A stretch of DNA of 63,224 nucleotides, the filler included, from Reticulomyxa filosa (lineage: Eukaryota > Protista > Foraminifera): the NCBI GenBank assembly GCA_000512085.1. It is 18 parts of 18 records of this genome, joined end to end, with 100 filler letters (N's around TTAATTAATTAA, not from the genome) between each part and the next. Parts side by side here need not be neighbours in the genome. Positions count along the whole stretch, not along the records: positions 34,548 to 40,278 come from ASPP01018543.1; positions 40,379 to 53,779 come from ASPP01024609.1; 16 more parts are not named here. One strand, 5' to 3'. The notes under the pieces were generated by a model. That model had not been told where the DNA came from, did no database searches, and worked only from the letters and a program-made list of their open reading frames with translations. Below, one piece after another: positions 37,547-50,500 of the stretch. The translations under genes and the position numbers were made by a program. Every line of letters begins with the position of its first letter. Position 1 is the stretch's first letter.

Positions 37547-38133
37547 TAACACAATGTATACAACCATAAGCAACCAACCTCTTAAGTGCCAGTGCGTATC
37601 GCTGATTGATTTGCTCGATAACGACTGTGACATCCGAAGATGTAAAGTCCAACCACGACTTACTCAGCTTCATCAATTCCACGTCCGGATCTTGTCCGTT
37701 CACGTTTTTGTTCATTGTCATGTAGTCTTGGACCAACTGCGAACATAACAGTCGGATTGCTACTGGCTCTTTGCTTGGGTCTCGCTCTTTCAAATGCGAT
37801 AGCAATTCTGTCATTCCTTTCGGAATTCGTCCGTTGCTTGCTTTTTCGTATTGTTCCAATATCTCTGCTCGCTTTTGTTGTAACTCATAGAATTCTTCAC
37901 TTCTTCTTCCTTCATTTGCTGATCTTCTTTTTTTTTTTTTTTTTTTTTTTTTTTTGTTCGAACCCCCTTTTGCTGTCGTCTCAAGGCAATAGAACACACA
38001 TTGCTATCATACCGCTAATAGCTCTCCTTTCTCTTTCGTCTTCTGAGAAGAGCTCAACACATAGACCATTGCCACACTGGCAGCCAACATGGTCACCAGA
38101 GAGACATTCTTGGCATTTATTATGCTGCCATCC
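36212..38133 (-). CDS. Hypothetical multi-exon protein
   Basis: Consecutive minus-strand ORFs separated by GT-AG introns with A-rich acceptors. No domain recognised and the start is ambiguous. Confidence 0.5.
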
Positions 38134-39175
38134 ATTTTCGTCTTTTTCCTTCCCCACCCCTATTATCTATAAATGAACTTTTTTGTCCCCATCTTCCCAA
38201 AAGACCCACTTGAAAAATATTTTTAATTTGTTAATTGATAGCAGCTAATATCAATAAAATTAACACATAATCTAAATCTAAAAAATTTGCAAATAGCCCG
38301 GCTAGTTATTCCATCTTTCAACATTTTTACGCGCTGCTTTTCTTTGAAATAAAGCAAAAATAAGTAGGCGCAACAAATAGTTTTTGGAGAAATTGTAAAG
38401 CTGTCTTTCTTTATTTTCAGTTGGGATAAGAATTTTTTTTGTGATCAATAGTTGACCCGCTTGCTTAGTTCTCCTTGTGATGGAAGTTTGATCCGTTCTT
38501 TTTTTTATTTGTTTATCTTCTTGGATTAGAAACAAATGAGTGTGAATTAGTTCTCGCGTTTGTATCAAGAAAAAAAATGTATCATACTTCAAAACTCAAC
38601 GCATATAAAAATCATCAAATTAGTTCACGCAATACACAGAAAATAAGATCAATTATAGTAAACATTTTACATTTATTTTTTACACTTATTCATCAAATTA
38701 CACCTTTATTTTAAAAAATTTTTGAAAAACGTCAATATTTTAATCTTTAATACGAGAACGAATCTTTTTCAAAAAATGAAAACGTTAACTTTTGCATTAT
38801 TTGGTTTTCTCAAGGGTAGATATCACTTGAAAAACACTATGAACGTTATTAGCAACAGAAAGTATTTTTTAATGCTATGTCTTCGAACGAAGACATTTTT
38901 CCAACAAATTTTTTTATTAAATAAAAGTTGGCAGTTTGCTAAAAAAATTTAAATAACAATTCAACATAAAAAAAATTTAAAAAAAGAATTGCGAAAAGTT
39001 TGGAGCCAAAGTTTTTTTTTTGCACAATCCGTTGACATGTCCAAACACAACAAAACATAAAAAAAAATCAAAAACAACATATTTCACAAAGTTTCACCTG
39101 GAAAGCTTCATTTTGTATCTACTTTAATCAAAACTAATTAAATGCTTATTTGTACAAGCAAACTTTGAGTGTTAG

Positions 39176-39273
39176 AAAAAAAGGCACCTTCAGCTCGAAC
39201 AAAGAGAACAGCCGTATCGACCATGATGAGATTGTCACTTAATTGTAAGCCTCTGCTGTTCCGGAGAGGTGCC
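39176..39273 (-). ncRNA. Small (about 95 nt) hairpin RNA candidate, Pol III-like
   Basis: Terminal stem GGCACCU/AGGUGCC directly followed by T7, inner stem GAACAGC/GCUGUUC and B-box-like GTTCGAG. Confidence 0.5.
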
Positions 39274-39816
39274 TTCTTTGTCTTGGATTAATGCTTTAGT
39301 TTAAGCAACTGTAGTGTGGATGAGAAATTCTTTGCAAGTCAATGTTTGAATTAAGAACCATTGCACTTGATTCCTAAGCATCGCACTTGAATAATTGCAA
39401 TGATAGTCTGTTGTTCTTAACTTTTGAAAAAAACGAAACAGTAACAAAAAAGGTGTTCTACATTGCAATAAACTATTCGAACAAAACTTTTGAATAACTA
39501 AAACCAAATTCAAAAGTGAATTAATTTTTTTGTTTTTCTGTAAAGAACATTGTTTGCATATAGATGCCCATTTTCTATTCCAGTCTTATCCTTTGATTAG
39601 CGATAGACTAATCTCAATATCTTTTCTATTTCGGCGATCTCTTATCTCTCTACAGAATGTTGATCATTTTACATTTAATTGTAATAAATATTTTTCAGTA
39701 CTTACAAACTTGAAAAAAATATTTCAAGAATAATAATGTATTTTTTTTGTACTAAGTTTCACTTCATATAATTTAATTCAAATTTTAAAAAAATTTATTT
39801 GTTTATGTAAACCTTA

Positions 39817-40278
39817 TCATCCCCAAATTCGAATTGTACAATCAGTAGAACCTGATGCAATTGTATTTCCATTTTGAGATACATCTACACATCTCAAAGC
39901 TTGAGAATGTCCTTCCAATATTTGTATCCTCTTCCTTGATTCTACGTTCCACAATCGAATTGTATTATCACTTGAACACGACACAATTGTTTGACCATCT
40001 GGAAGATATGTTATATCATTCACATGGTGTGAATGTTCTTTCAATATTTTCCATTCTATTCCTGTTTTAATATCCCATATTCGAATTGTATCATCCAATG
40101 AACAGGAAATAATAAATTTATCATTTGGAGAAAATTTTGCGCGCATTACACGATCAGAATGTCCTTTGAATTGTTTCAATATTTCACCAGATTCTACATT
40201 CCACAAATTAATTGTTTTATCACTTGATGATGATACAATCATTTTACCATCTGATGAAAATTGTGCACTCAATACATC
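39817..40278 (-). CDS. WD40-repeat protein, 3' end
   Basis: Four canonical repeats (e.g. FSSDGKMIVSSSSDKTINLWN, GHSDRV...DDTIRIWD). Confidence 0.92.
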   Translation of the reverse strand, partial: DVLSAQFSSDGKMIVSSSSDKTINLWNVESGEILKQFKGHSDRVMRAKFSPNDKFIISCSLDDTIRIWDIKTGIEWKILKEHSHHVNDITYLPDGQTIVSCSSDNTIRLWNVESRKRIQILEGHSQALRCVDVSQNGNTIASGSTDCTIRIWG

Positions 40279-40813
40279 NNNNNNNNNNNNNNNNNNNNNN
40301 NNNNNNNNNNNNNNNNNNNNNNTTAATTAATTAANNNNNNNNNNNNNNNNNNNNNNNNNNNNNNNNNNNNNNNNNNNNGTCATTTTTTAAAAACAGGTTC
40401 AAAAAAACTAAAAAATGACCCACAATTTCAATAAAATGACCCACAAACTTAATCATTACAAATATAAAAGATTATTCGATTTCCCACATTTTTCACAAAG
40501 TTGTGAATTATAATAGCAGGTTTAATATTTTTTTTTTGAAAATGTAATGTTAACGCTTTTTAAAAGAACTTGCGCTCCCACGTTGCCACATTTATTATAA
40601 ATAACAAGATTTGTCAAAAAAAGTGCACTTTGCACTTTCATAGAGGGCCTAATATTCTGCGTCCTGTTTCACAACGATAAGGTAAAAGCCAACTTTTTTT
40701 TGCTTTAAAAATATTTTCACTAGTTTCTCGTGAGTGAAAACACATTTTGCACAAGCCCAAAAAAAAAAATGTAAGTATCCAGAGAATAAGAAAAATTGGT
40801 CAAAGAGCGGACT

Positions 40814-41187
40814 TTAGTCACTGAGCATCACGTGATTCAGAAGTGAAAAACCAAACCACTCAACTCCAAGGATGACAACAAATACAGTGCAGACGGTTCT
40901 CATCCTCGGGGCAATAGGAATGAATCGCCAAATGCCACGATATTGAGTTTTATCCAATTCCAAATCATATGCAATTTCCGGCTTCTTGTATTTTGGATGA
41001 TACGATGGACTTAGTAAAAAATGACAAGCACACACCAAGATTGTTAGAAGTTACGTGTATGCATTTGAATGAAACTAAGTAAAGAATATGTTATTATTGT
41101 TCCATGTAAAACATACAGCTGGACAAATCGGCGATGCACAATTGCTGGAATATTCACAGTACTTCTTCTATTTTTTTTTGTGAACAT
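40814..41187 (-). CDS. Small (about 88 aa) single-TM protein, possibly mitochondrial
   Basis: Two exons join in frame (MFTKKNRRSTVNIPAIVHRRFVQL-PSYHPKY...), with a basic N-terminus and a C-terminal hydrophobic helix. Confidence 0.45.
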
Positions 41188-41579
41188 GACGACAATTATT
41201 TCTCAAGACAGCAAAGAGCAAGGTATTAGCAACCTTAAGAAAGATTTTTGAAGTGTGGAAAATGTGGACGTTGAAATCGCTCTCATTTTAGAAATAAATT
41301 TGATATAACATAAAAAAACAAAAAAAGACCCCTTTCTTCAAAACCGTTTTCTGTAAGAATTTCAGACAATGCAAATAATTGGTTGAAAAAGTGCTCATGG
41401 GTTGAGTTTAAAAAATTTGCATTAGTGAAGGTGAGACTTCCAAAGAGAGAAATAATAAAAAAAAAAAGGGAGTAAATAAAATACATCAAAGCACATAGTA
41501 ACCAAAGACAAGCCTTTAGAATTGCAAAAGATTCTTTGTCTTGCATTTTGCCAATAACGACAAAAAAAGAACACAAAGA

Positions 41580-44500
41580 TTAAACCCATGAACTCCATCC
41601 TTGCCAAGTGATAGACAAAATGCTGTCATCCATGGCATGATCGATTAAGCATTCTACTTGATCCTCGACTGTTTCGCATTGATCAGGATATTTGAGCCTT
41701 TTCGAATGAACATTGGATAGCTCTCCATTGATAATTCTCTTCATAACTTGATAGTGATGAGCTTTGTAATGTGTAGTGGATTGAATTTCTTCGACCATGA
41801 CATAGGAGGATTTGTATCCATTTAACTTCATCTTTGCAATTTCAACCTTGTGTTTCGGATACCACGCGATATCTGGATTATTTGCAGAGCCACTATTTTC
41901 TTCATCGCCATCATCGGTCGATGCATTTGTTCGCATTAAAAACTCGGCATTGGAGTCTTTGAAATTGCGCTGTGCCATTTCGACCCAATCCAAAGAGGGT
42001 TCTTTGATGAACACATTCATAACATTGAGCAAGTTTTCTTTGTTTTTTTGCAACGCCCGTAACGTATGCGTAACGTCTGTTTTGAATAGGAACGGACTAT
42101 CAAGAGGGTCCATTAAATGTTGAAACTGACGAGTGTATCGCAGTGGCATCATTTCGGGAACACCCAACCCTAATCCATAGCCAAACGCAGCTCCAAAGTC
42201 GATTCCAATGATTTGGCCTGTGGTTTGATCCACCAAATAGTTGTCCAAATGTCGATCTCCAATGCCCAAAATGTACCCACACGTAGTATACACGGCAAGC
42301 GTGCGAGCAAATACGTCACGCAATTGTATATACGACTCGTTGTTTCTGGCCAATTGCAATATGCACTTTTGCAACAAATTCATATGCAACCGCTTTTCAC
42401 ACTCATGAAATCCTTCCACAATTCCTTTACCTACATTACCAAAACCATACGTATACATTTTACATACAAATATAATAGGTATACGTTGCAATTTTTTTTT
42501 TTTTTTTTTTGTTGTTGTTGTTGAATTAATGAAGCTACTTTAACTAATGGTGGCAAATTTGGTAATCACAGCCAAATACAACTTATTGTCGTGGTTATTG
42601 ATTCGAGTGGATTTGCAAAGGTTCGGGATATACTGATTGCGAATGACATCCACCAAGGTGAAATCGATTGAAGTGTCTTGTCGCATTTGTCGTTCGAGCA
42701 TTCCTTTGATAGGGATTGTATTTGGAATCCATTCGATAATGCCGACACTTCTCGTCAATGGAACGACGTCATATGTTCTCAGAGCCAATTCTTGCGCCGA
42801 CATTTGCTATCTTTGGTCAAAATTTCGTTCATTGTGACAAACAATTGCTCAATTCTTTGGTCCATGCGCAAGTCTTCGCCTCCTTTCACCAACCACATGT
42901 GCTCCCTTTCGTCGTCAGTTCGAATGATTATTCGCTTGGGTCGACGCAATGATCCCATCGTTAAAATCGACGAATCCACGCTCATCACATGCAAGTGCTG
43001 ACTTGGATCGGGCTTTCGTAATCCACTATACTGGCCTGGCATTTCCAATAAATCGTCATATTTCGAGCCATCAAAGTTTGATAACCACTGCGAAAATTCT
43101 GACAAGTTACCTTGCCCTGTGACATTACCAAATTTTAAGACATTTATTATTATTCTATTAAAAGTACGTATACATACTTACATATATACACATATATAAC
43201 CTGATTTGGACTCAAATTCTTTCATTTTGGAGTCAGATCCCAAGACTTCGATTTTCTTCAGCATATCGGCAAGTTGAGTTTCAGTTTTGATGGCGGAAAC
43301 TTTGGAGCCATTATTTCCGACGATGGCTTCGAATTTGCTTTTGTAATAGTTGCAAAATTTTTGATTTTCGGAGCCAATTTGATTCTTGACATAGCGTTTG
43401 TTCGTGTTAAACAGCCCAGTGCATATTCCTTGCACCACTTCGACTGATCGCTCTATTTTTTCGGAGATGGTGAGTTTGTTGTTATTTCGAATCAATCGCA
43501 ACTCTTTAATCCCATCTTTGAATTTCAGATTGGGATGGGCCATGCACTCTAACGCTTCCGTAAAGGCTTTGGTTAGTTCAAATCCAGGCATTTCATTCAA
43601 TATGGAGTCCAATCGATTCATATAAGACTGCGTTTTTTCATTGCCCGTTGCCAGATCCTCTTTGGTCAAATTAAAAGGGAAAACCAAAGCATTGGGATAC
43701 ATCTTGGCAATTCGCTCCAAAATTTGTAGCGCACATTCGCTAACGACAGAAGCGGAGCCAAGTTCGGCCAGCATTTGTGCAATCCATCGCAAGAACATCC
43801 AACATGGAACAATCTTGCAATTCTTGGTGACTAGATGATGCAAATCATGTCCCATCGCGGTGACTTCCAATACTCTTGGGAATAAATTGATTGCTTCGGG
43901 TGAACCGTACGCCATTGCCTTTAACAAATGATAGATCAGTTGTTTCGCCAATTCAATTTCTATTTCCGAAAAGTCGCTCCTTTGCACGCTGAATTTGTTC
44001 GTTCCTCGCTTTTGTTCGACCATTTTTAGCCTCTCGCTTTCGTCCAAATCTAATAATCGGCGATGACAAAACAATGCCATTTCCAAATACGATGGAGGGA
44101 GAGAAAGACTAGCTCCATTCTCTTCGCTCGTCATTGCTGACACAACTAACCCTTCATTCACTTTCTCCTCGCTCACTGTTTTACTTTCCTCCATTCCAAT
44201 GTCTTCATCGTCCAACAAACGAACAGCATTTTGATATGACTCTCTTTTTTTTTTTTTTTTTTTTGCAAAAACATTACGCACGTATACATACATACTACGT
44301 GCATTATGTATACGTATCTGTACGTATACATAAACACAGCAGTAACAAAACTGTGCTTGTTGAAACAAAGCATTGGTTGTAGCGTGATCGACGTAATCAG
44401 ACAACCGATTGTTTTTAGCGACTAAAGTGGCCATTAAGCAAAGCATCTTTCCTTGCAACGAATAAATGGTGGGTTGGAAATCATTCATTGGTTCATCTTT

Positions 44501-47500
44501 CAAATAAAAGCCCAACTTGCCAGATAATTGGTATAACTTTTGCAGCAATTTTTTGTCATTCTCTTGGGAGTTGGTTGTACTTTCATGTTTGCGTTCGGAC
44601 AGGTAGTGATATTTATCCAAGGTTTCTTCCAAGTGCAACTTGATTTGCTGCAGCTTCAATTGCGGGGACAACTGACCCAAAAGCGAGGCCTCTTCGATAT
44701 GGTATTGCGCCACTGGATAATTCTTCTGTTCAATCAACGCGGAAATGGTTTCACATAACGTCGTGACGTACATATCGGCAATGATAGTGGACAAATCTTG
44801 GCATTGGTCGGTCATTTTTTTGAAAAAGACATTGCGATGGAATGCGATATCATTCCAAGTATTGACATCATCGCCTTTGTTTGGAAAGCGTTGTTTCCAA
44901 CTTTCCAACAAGTCCTCCAAATCGATGGAGGCATTTTCATATCGACCTCTTTTTTTTAACGAAGGGGAAGATGATAACAACAATGATGATGATGATGATG
45001 ATGCCATCGTCTTTGCTTGTTTTTCATTTATATATTTCATCCATTGTCCAAATTCGTTGATTTCCTCCAATTTTTGCAAGTGGTGCAACAACTCCATTTT
45101 GTTATTTTCTGCTAACAATGGCAAATTGCACCATTTTTCCAATAACATGTCATATGACTTTTTGAGGTAGTACTTGCCCCTCGGCCAATCACTTCGAATT
45201 ACCGAATACACAAATGCCAATTCCATCGGAAAATGGAATTCGATATAACTTTGTCGATATTTTTGTAATGCTTGCTTGGCGATCATTTCATTTGCATTGG
45301 CTCCATTGTTTGACGATGGGGACAACCACTCCTCCAATTTATTCTGGAATGACTCCCATTTCGACTCCAATTTCAAACACGAGTCGAACCAATCCTTCAA
45401 TTTCATTTGCAAGTGTTGCTGTCTTTGAGGTATGCTCAGCGTCTCTTTGTCCAGAATCGATGCTTGTGATGGCTCTTCTCTTTTCACAGGGGAGAGCACT
45501 GCCAATTTTCCAGAGCCAATTGCATCCGTTTCAAAGAACTCGCTCCATACGTTATCGATACTGTGCTGTACAGTTTCGATAGTAATCACGTAAATATCGT
45601 CCCATTTTGCTAGTTTTTTCAAACATTTCACTTTTTCTTCCACCCAAAGCTGCTGCTCCAATGGGGAGGCTTGACTGGCATACGCCAAGTGCGATTGCGC
45701 ACTGGAATAAAATTGGTACGCTTGCAAATAGTCACCTTTCAAGTATGCCTCGATGCCATCCTTTGTCATTTGTACTTTGCTAAATGTACGCGACAGACTT
45801 AACACCGTATCTTCTTCGCCGAGCAGTTCGTATAGTCGGGACAATTGGCAATAAATTCTTTCTTTATACGTCAATCCATCTCTGTCTAGTGCTCCCGGAC
45901 GTATACTGTCTATGACATATCTTTTTCAAATGGACATGTTTACAAAAAAAAATAAAAAAAATAAGCATGTTTTACACCACAATAACATATAAATAAATAA
46001 TATGTTGCACATACTACATATACAATACCCTCCGTTTCCAGAGCTAATTTTTCGTTTCTTTCGTGGTGGCTCTATATCGATCGCTTCGTCCTTTTTCAAC
46101 ATGCTCTCAAGAAACACAATGCCAGCATAAATGCTATTACTTCGAACGCCCAGATCAGCAAGCAATTTTGGGTGAATATTGACATGCTCGAATTCGCAGG
46201 CGCTAATGAATAAGGACGACACCAGACTGTTGTGGCTATTGCAGTTTTGCAAAACCCCTAATAGCGCTTGCTCTAAACGCTTTGCATAATTGTGAGTGCG
46301 GTCACTTCGCTTTTTGGCTTCATCGTATATTGCTTTAAACAGCATCTCGAACAATTGCTTCGCAATAACTGGATCTGTGTGTAATGCCTGCAATGGCAAT
46401 TGAAGATCAGAGTGAGGGATACAAATGTCCGGCAACTCACCCTTTCGATATCTGCGGTGTAATTTCACTTCATTTGCAACCACATCCTTTTGTCTCTCCT
46501 CCCACGCTTTCTGATAGCGCTTCAGCATATCAAATCCTTTGATTTTCTACGCATACATATACACATATATAGATATACGTATCTGTATATAACTTTGTCA
46601 TATGAAATAATAAACATAAAAAAAAAAATAAATAAATAAACCTGATTGACAGATTGATTCGCTTTTTCTCGAGAAAATCGTTGGGACGATTTGACAGTGA
46701 CCACTTTCTTTGCAGGATTTTGTGCAAGATTCTGTTGTGGGAACATGGACTTTTTACTCGGTCCTTTTTGAAAGGCTCCAAAACTTCCCATAAATATATC
46801 CTGCTCATTTCTTTCCGTCGAGGATTGAGACTCTGCACTCCATAAAAAAGTCGCATCTTTTCCGGAGCCATATGCAAATCGATGACTGACACACACATAT
46901 TACTATCAGATTATGTGTTGTTTGTTATCAAACTAAATAAAACATACATTTATATATTATGTATATATGTATATAGACACTAAACGAGCGATCCTCTGGT
47001 GTTGGCAAATGATTTTCTTCCAATTGTCTTTGGCTCTGCGAAAACTTGGAAACTTGCGTTTGTGTCCACGCGTGTTGTTGGGTGGCTTGAATGAATCCAA
47101 ATGGAATTTCACTGTGCATGAGCTGGGATGCAGCGAATTCGGCGACGCTTTGGCTAAATACGTTGTCAGCAAACATTGGAGTCAGTGCCATTTGTGACAA
47201 ATGACTCGCTCCATGCCATTGCGAGTCGATGTTCATTTCCACGTACTGGCACTCGGACAAAGGTCGGGAAGAAATTGGAGACGTAAAGTCGGTGGAGTGT
47301 CGCATTGGCTCCAACAACAAAAACGTCGCGTAATGTAACCACAACGACTCGCAGTTTTTCGAAAACATTAAATTACACAAATCCTCCAATCTCTCGATCA
47401 CAGGCTTTTGCAATCGCGTTTCATGCGACCAGTACTCAAACATCAGCTTTCGATTGGTCGTGTTTCCATCTGCCAAGGCTTTCAACAGGGTGTCGTTCAC

Positions 47501-50500
47501 TTGTCGTGCCAATTGAACAGGGATCTCTCGTTCATTGTCTCGGATGTGACATAAAATTCCCAATAGTCTTCTCTGTTTATATATACGTCATTTTTTTAAA
47601 AAAAATACTTAATACTTTCCCCTCCATTTCACCAATAAAAAAATAAAATTGTATTGGCTCTTAACTCGGACTCGATAATTGGAATGATCTCCAAAGTTTT
47701 CAATGAATTGTGGCAGCAATTCGAACTTATTCTTTGGATCCAACTTGGGTAATAACCGTAGAAACACGTCGCAAGCTGCTAAGTGAACGTCATCGTCGCT
47801 GAGCAATTAAAAATATGGAGTCTGTCAGAAAGAAAGAGGAGCTCCAAAACAAACAAACAAAAAAAAAAAGAGCCAAACTTATGTTGGAAAATACGGGACA
47901 AGCCTGGCTTCAACCATATTGCGACTTCTGGGTCGGGGTTGTCGCAAGATACATATTTTGCAAATAAACTCACATAATCCGCCAAACAAGTGATGGGTGC
48001 TTTGCTCATTCCTCCCAAAATTGGCTGCATTAATTTCGAGTCTAAAATATCCTTGTTTAATATTATCCCCAGTTACAAACAATGCCCAAGCTTTATTATT
48101 ATTAATGTTATCGTCAAACAAAAAGACGACAAACAATACAAAACTGGATATTCATTTGCAATTCGATGCATTATTTCAATGGCTTTGGTCAAATCACTTT
48201 ATTTGAGATGAAGAGAAAGAACAGAGCATACAAAAAAAAAGAGTCATTTTTATTTTTAAAAAAAAACAGAGTGAAATAAAAAGCAGAGTCAACACGAACA
48301 TGGATAAGACGTCACTGACAAATTTCCTGACAGCGTCAATGTATTCGGGATTGGACAAACTTCGACGAAAGGATACGCTCTTTTTCACCCCGTCTTCTTC
48401 CGCTCTCAAAATATCACCATACACTTTGGCTTTTTTCCCCACATGCACAAACACACATGCACATAACACTCTAACTCTCTTATACACGCATGCATACATA
48501 TATGTATACGTACTGTTGAAAGATAGAGTGAGTGTTTTATACCAGCGGCTTTCCAAACGGGTTTACTGGAGGCAGTGAAATTGGACATGAGCGCATCAAA
48601 GAAACAGCCAATATTGAGGGTTTCATTTGTGTCTTGCTTTTTGTCAACTGCGGTCACAAACACAGCATTTCTTATTTGTGAAAGGACAAACTTCCACTCA
48701 TAAAAAAAAAGTTAACAGGCAGGGAATCCAGTTTCCACAAGTGCATCCACCAGATACAATCCTGTTCTTCTTTCCAGACGAAAATCTTTTTTTTAAAATT
48801 TGTTGTTGTTGTTGTTGTTATTATCATCTATATACTCTGAGGATACATATTGACAATAACACATTTAAAAAAAAAAAAAAAAAACGGAATACCGCGCTTG
48901 TAGAAACGTTTTGGAAAAACGCCTGACTCTTCCAATCCTCCGGGATATTTGACCTTGTAGGAAACCGCGACATCCCCTTTGGATTTCGAAACAAAAGTGA
49001 TTTCACACGGGACTACTTTTCCGTTTTTTTCTACCATCACATTGTCGCCAATTGCCAATTTATCAGCAGATTTGTTCCAGCTCAAATCCGCCGTCAACAA
49101 CGTATAAATCGGCTGTTTGTCCACTTTTGGAAGATTTTTCCATTTCGTCAAAAATAGCTACCATACATATATACGTACATACATATATATATATATATAT
49201 GTACGTATACATTACACGTACATATATGAAATGATAGACGTACCTTGACGTAATTGACATTTTGAATAACTTTGGAATTTTTCATTGTGCCATCGCCAAA
49301 ATCGCAGGACATTTTTATCAAGTGATTGACAAAACGCATTGCACAATCATCAATTTCGACATCCGGAACAAACTTTGGCCATCTTTTATAAACATATATA
49401 CATATACATATATGTATATATATATGTATATATATATTATATATAAATCTCTGCAAAAAAGCAAACAAACAAACAAAAAAACTTGAATAGGAATAAATCG
49501 CAAATATCCCTCAAAAAATAATGAAATCCCCAGGTATTGAGATTTTCAGCCAAGCACAGTTCAACCAATGGTTGGAAAAGTTGCGCAGCAAAAGGTTCAA
49601 ACACTAATTAATACCACATTTTAAAAAAGAGTACATATAAATACATACATATATATATATGTACGCATATACATATATATATATGTATATTGTATATACT
49701 TCCAAAAAAAAAAAAAAATAAAAAAAAATGGACAAACCATGGGCTTTGTTAACAACAAGTTTTGCAATGAACCATTTGATATTGGAATGTCCCAACACAG
49801 GGTCATTTTCATTCAACTTTTGAACGAGTGACAACATCCATTCAGGCATGGAATTGCCCCATTGCTTTTGGAAATGCAAATGCAGCGCATCGACACACAG
49901 CAGCATATTTTCCATCGTCGGCATTTCATTGAGTCTGTCCAACTCCAACACGTACTCCGCCTCTTCGTTTGTGCCGACATCATTGGCACTGTCTTTTTTT
50001 TGTTCCGTCGCAACGTCACGATTTTCGTGTTTATCGTCATTGCGTTCCGTCTTCATCTCCTTGTCAGAGTCCTCCGTCCCAGCAAGATTCGGAGTCATTG
50101 CACTTGCAGCTACGTCGCCATAGTCTTTTTTCAAACTACTTTGGCTAATCAATGAATCAGCGAGAGTCTTGTTCAGCAGCCATAAGCCCATGCCATTTTT
50201 ATATGAACTTTCTTTTTTTTTTTAAAAAAAAAGAAACAATGAAATATATATATATGTATATATGTTTTGCAACAAACATAAAAAAAAAATCAATATCAAA
50301 CCTTGTTTCAAAAAACGTCGAACTCTGCGAACGGAATACGAGAAATTGGTATCAATGGAAAAGACCAGCTCTTGGGTGAAGTCGATAATGTTCCCCCACA
50401 AGACTTGTCCTTTGTCATGCTTTTCGATGAACAGCTCGGTCCAGATGGGGAGAGACCCTTGTTTTTGCGTTCGGAGGATGCACTTGGCCAGACAATTGTA

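Noticed and set aside
44244-44351. Odd Cys/Tyr/Val-rich and poly-Lys stretch inside the 898-aa DNA-PKcs ORF
   Set aside because: It is a stop-free 108-nt GT-AG intron read through by the ORF caller, not a protein insertion.
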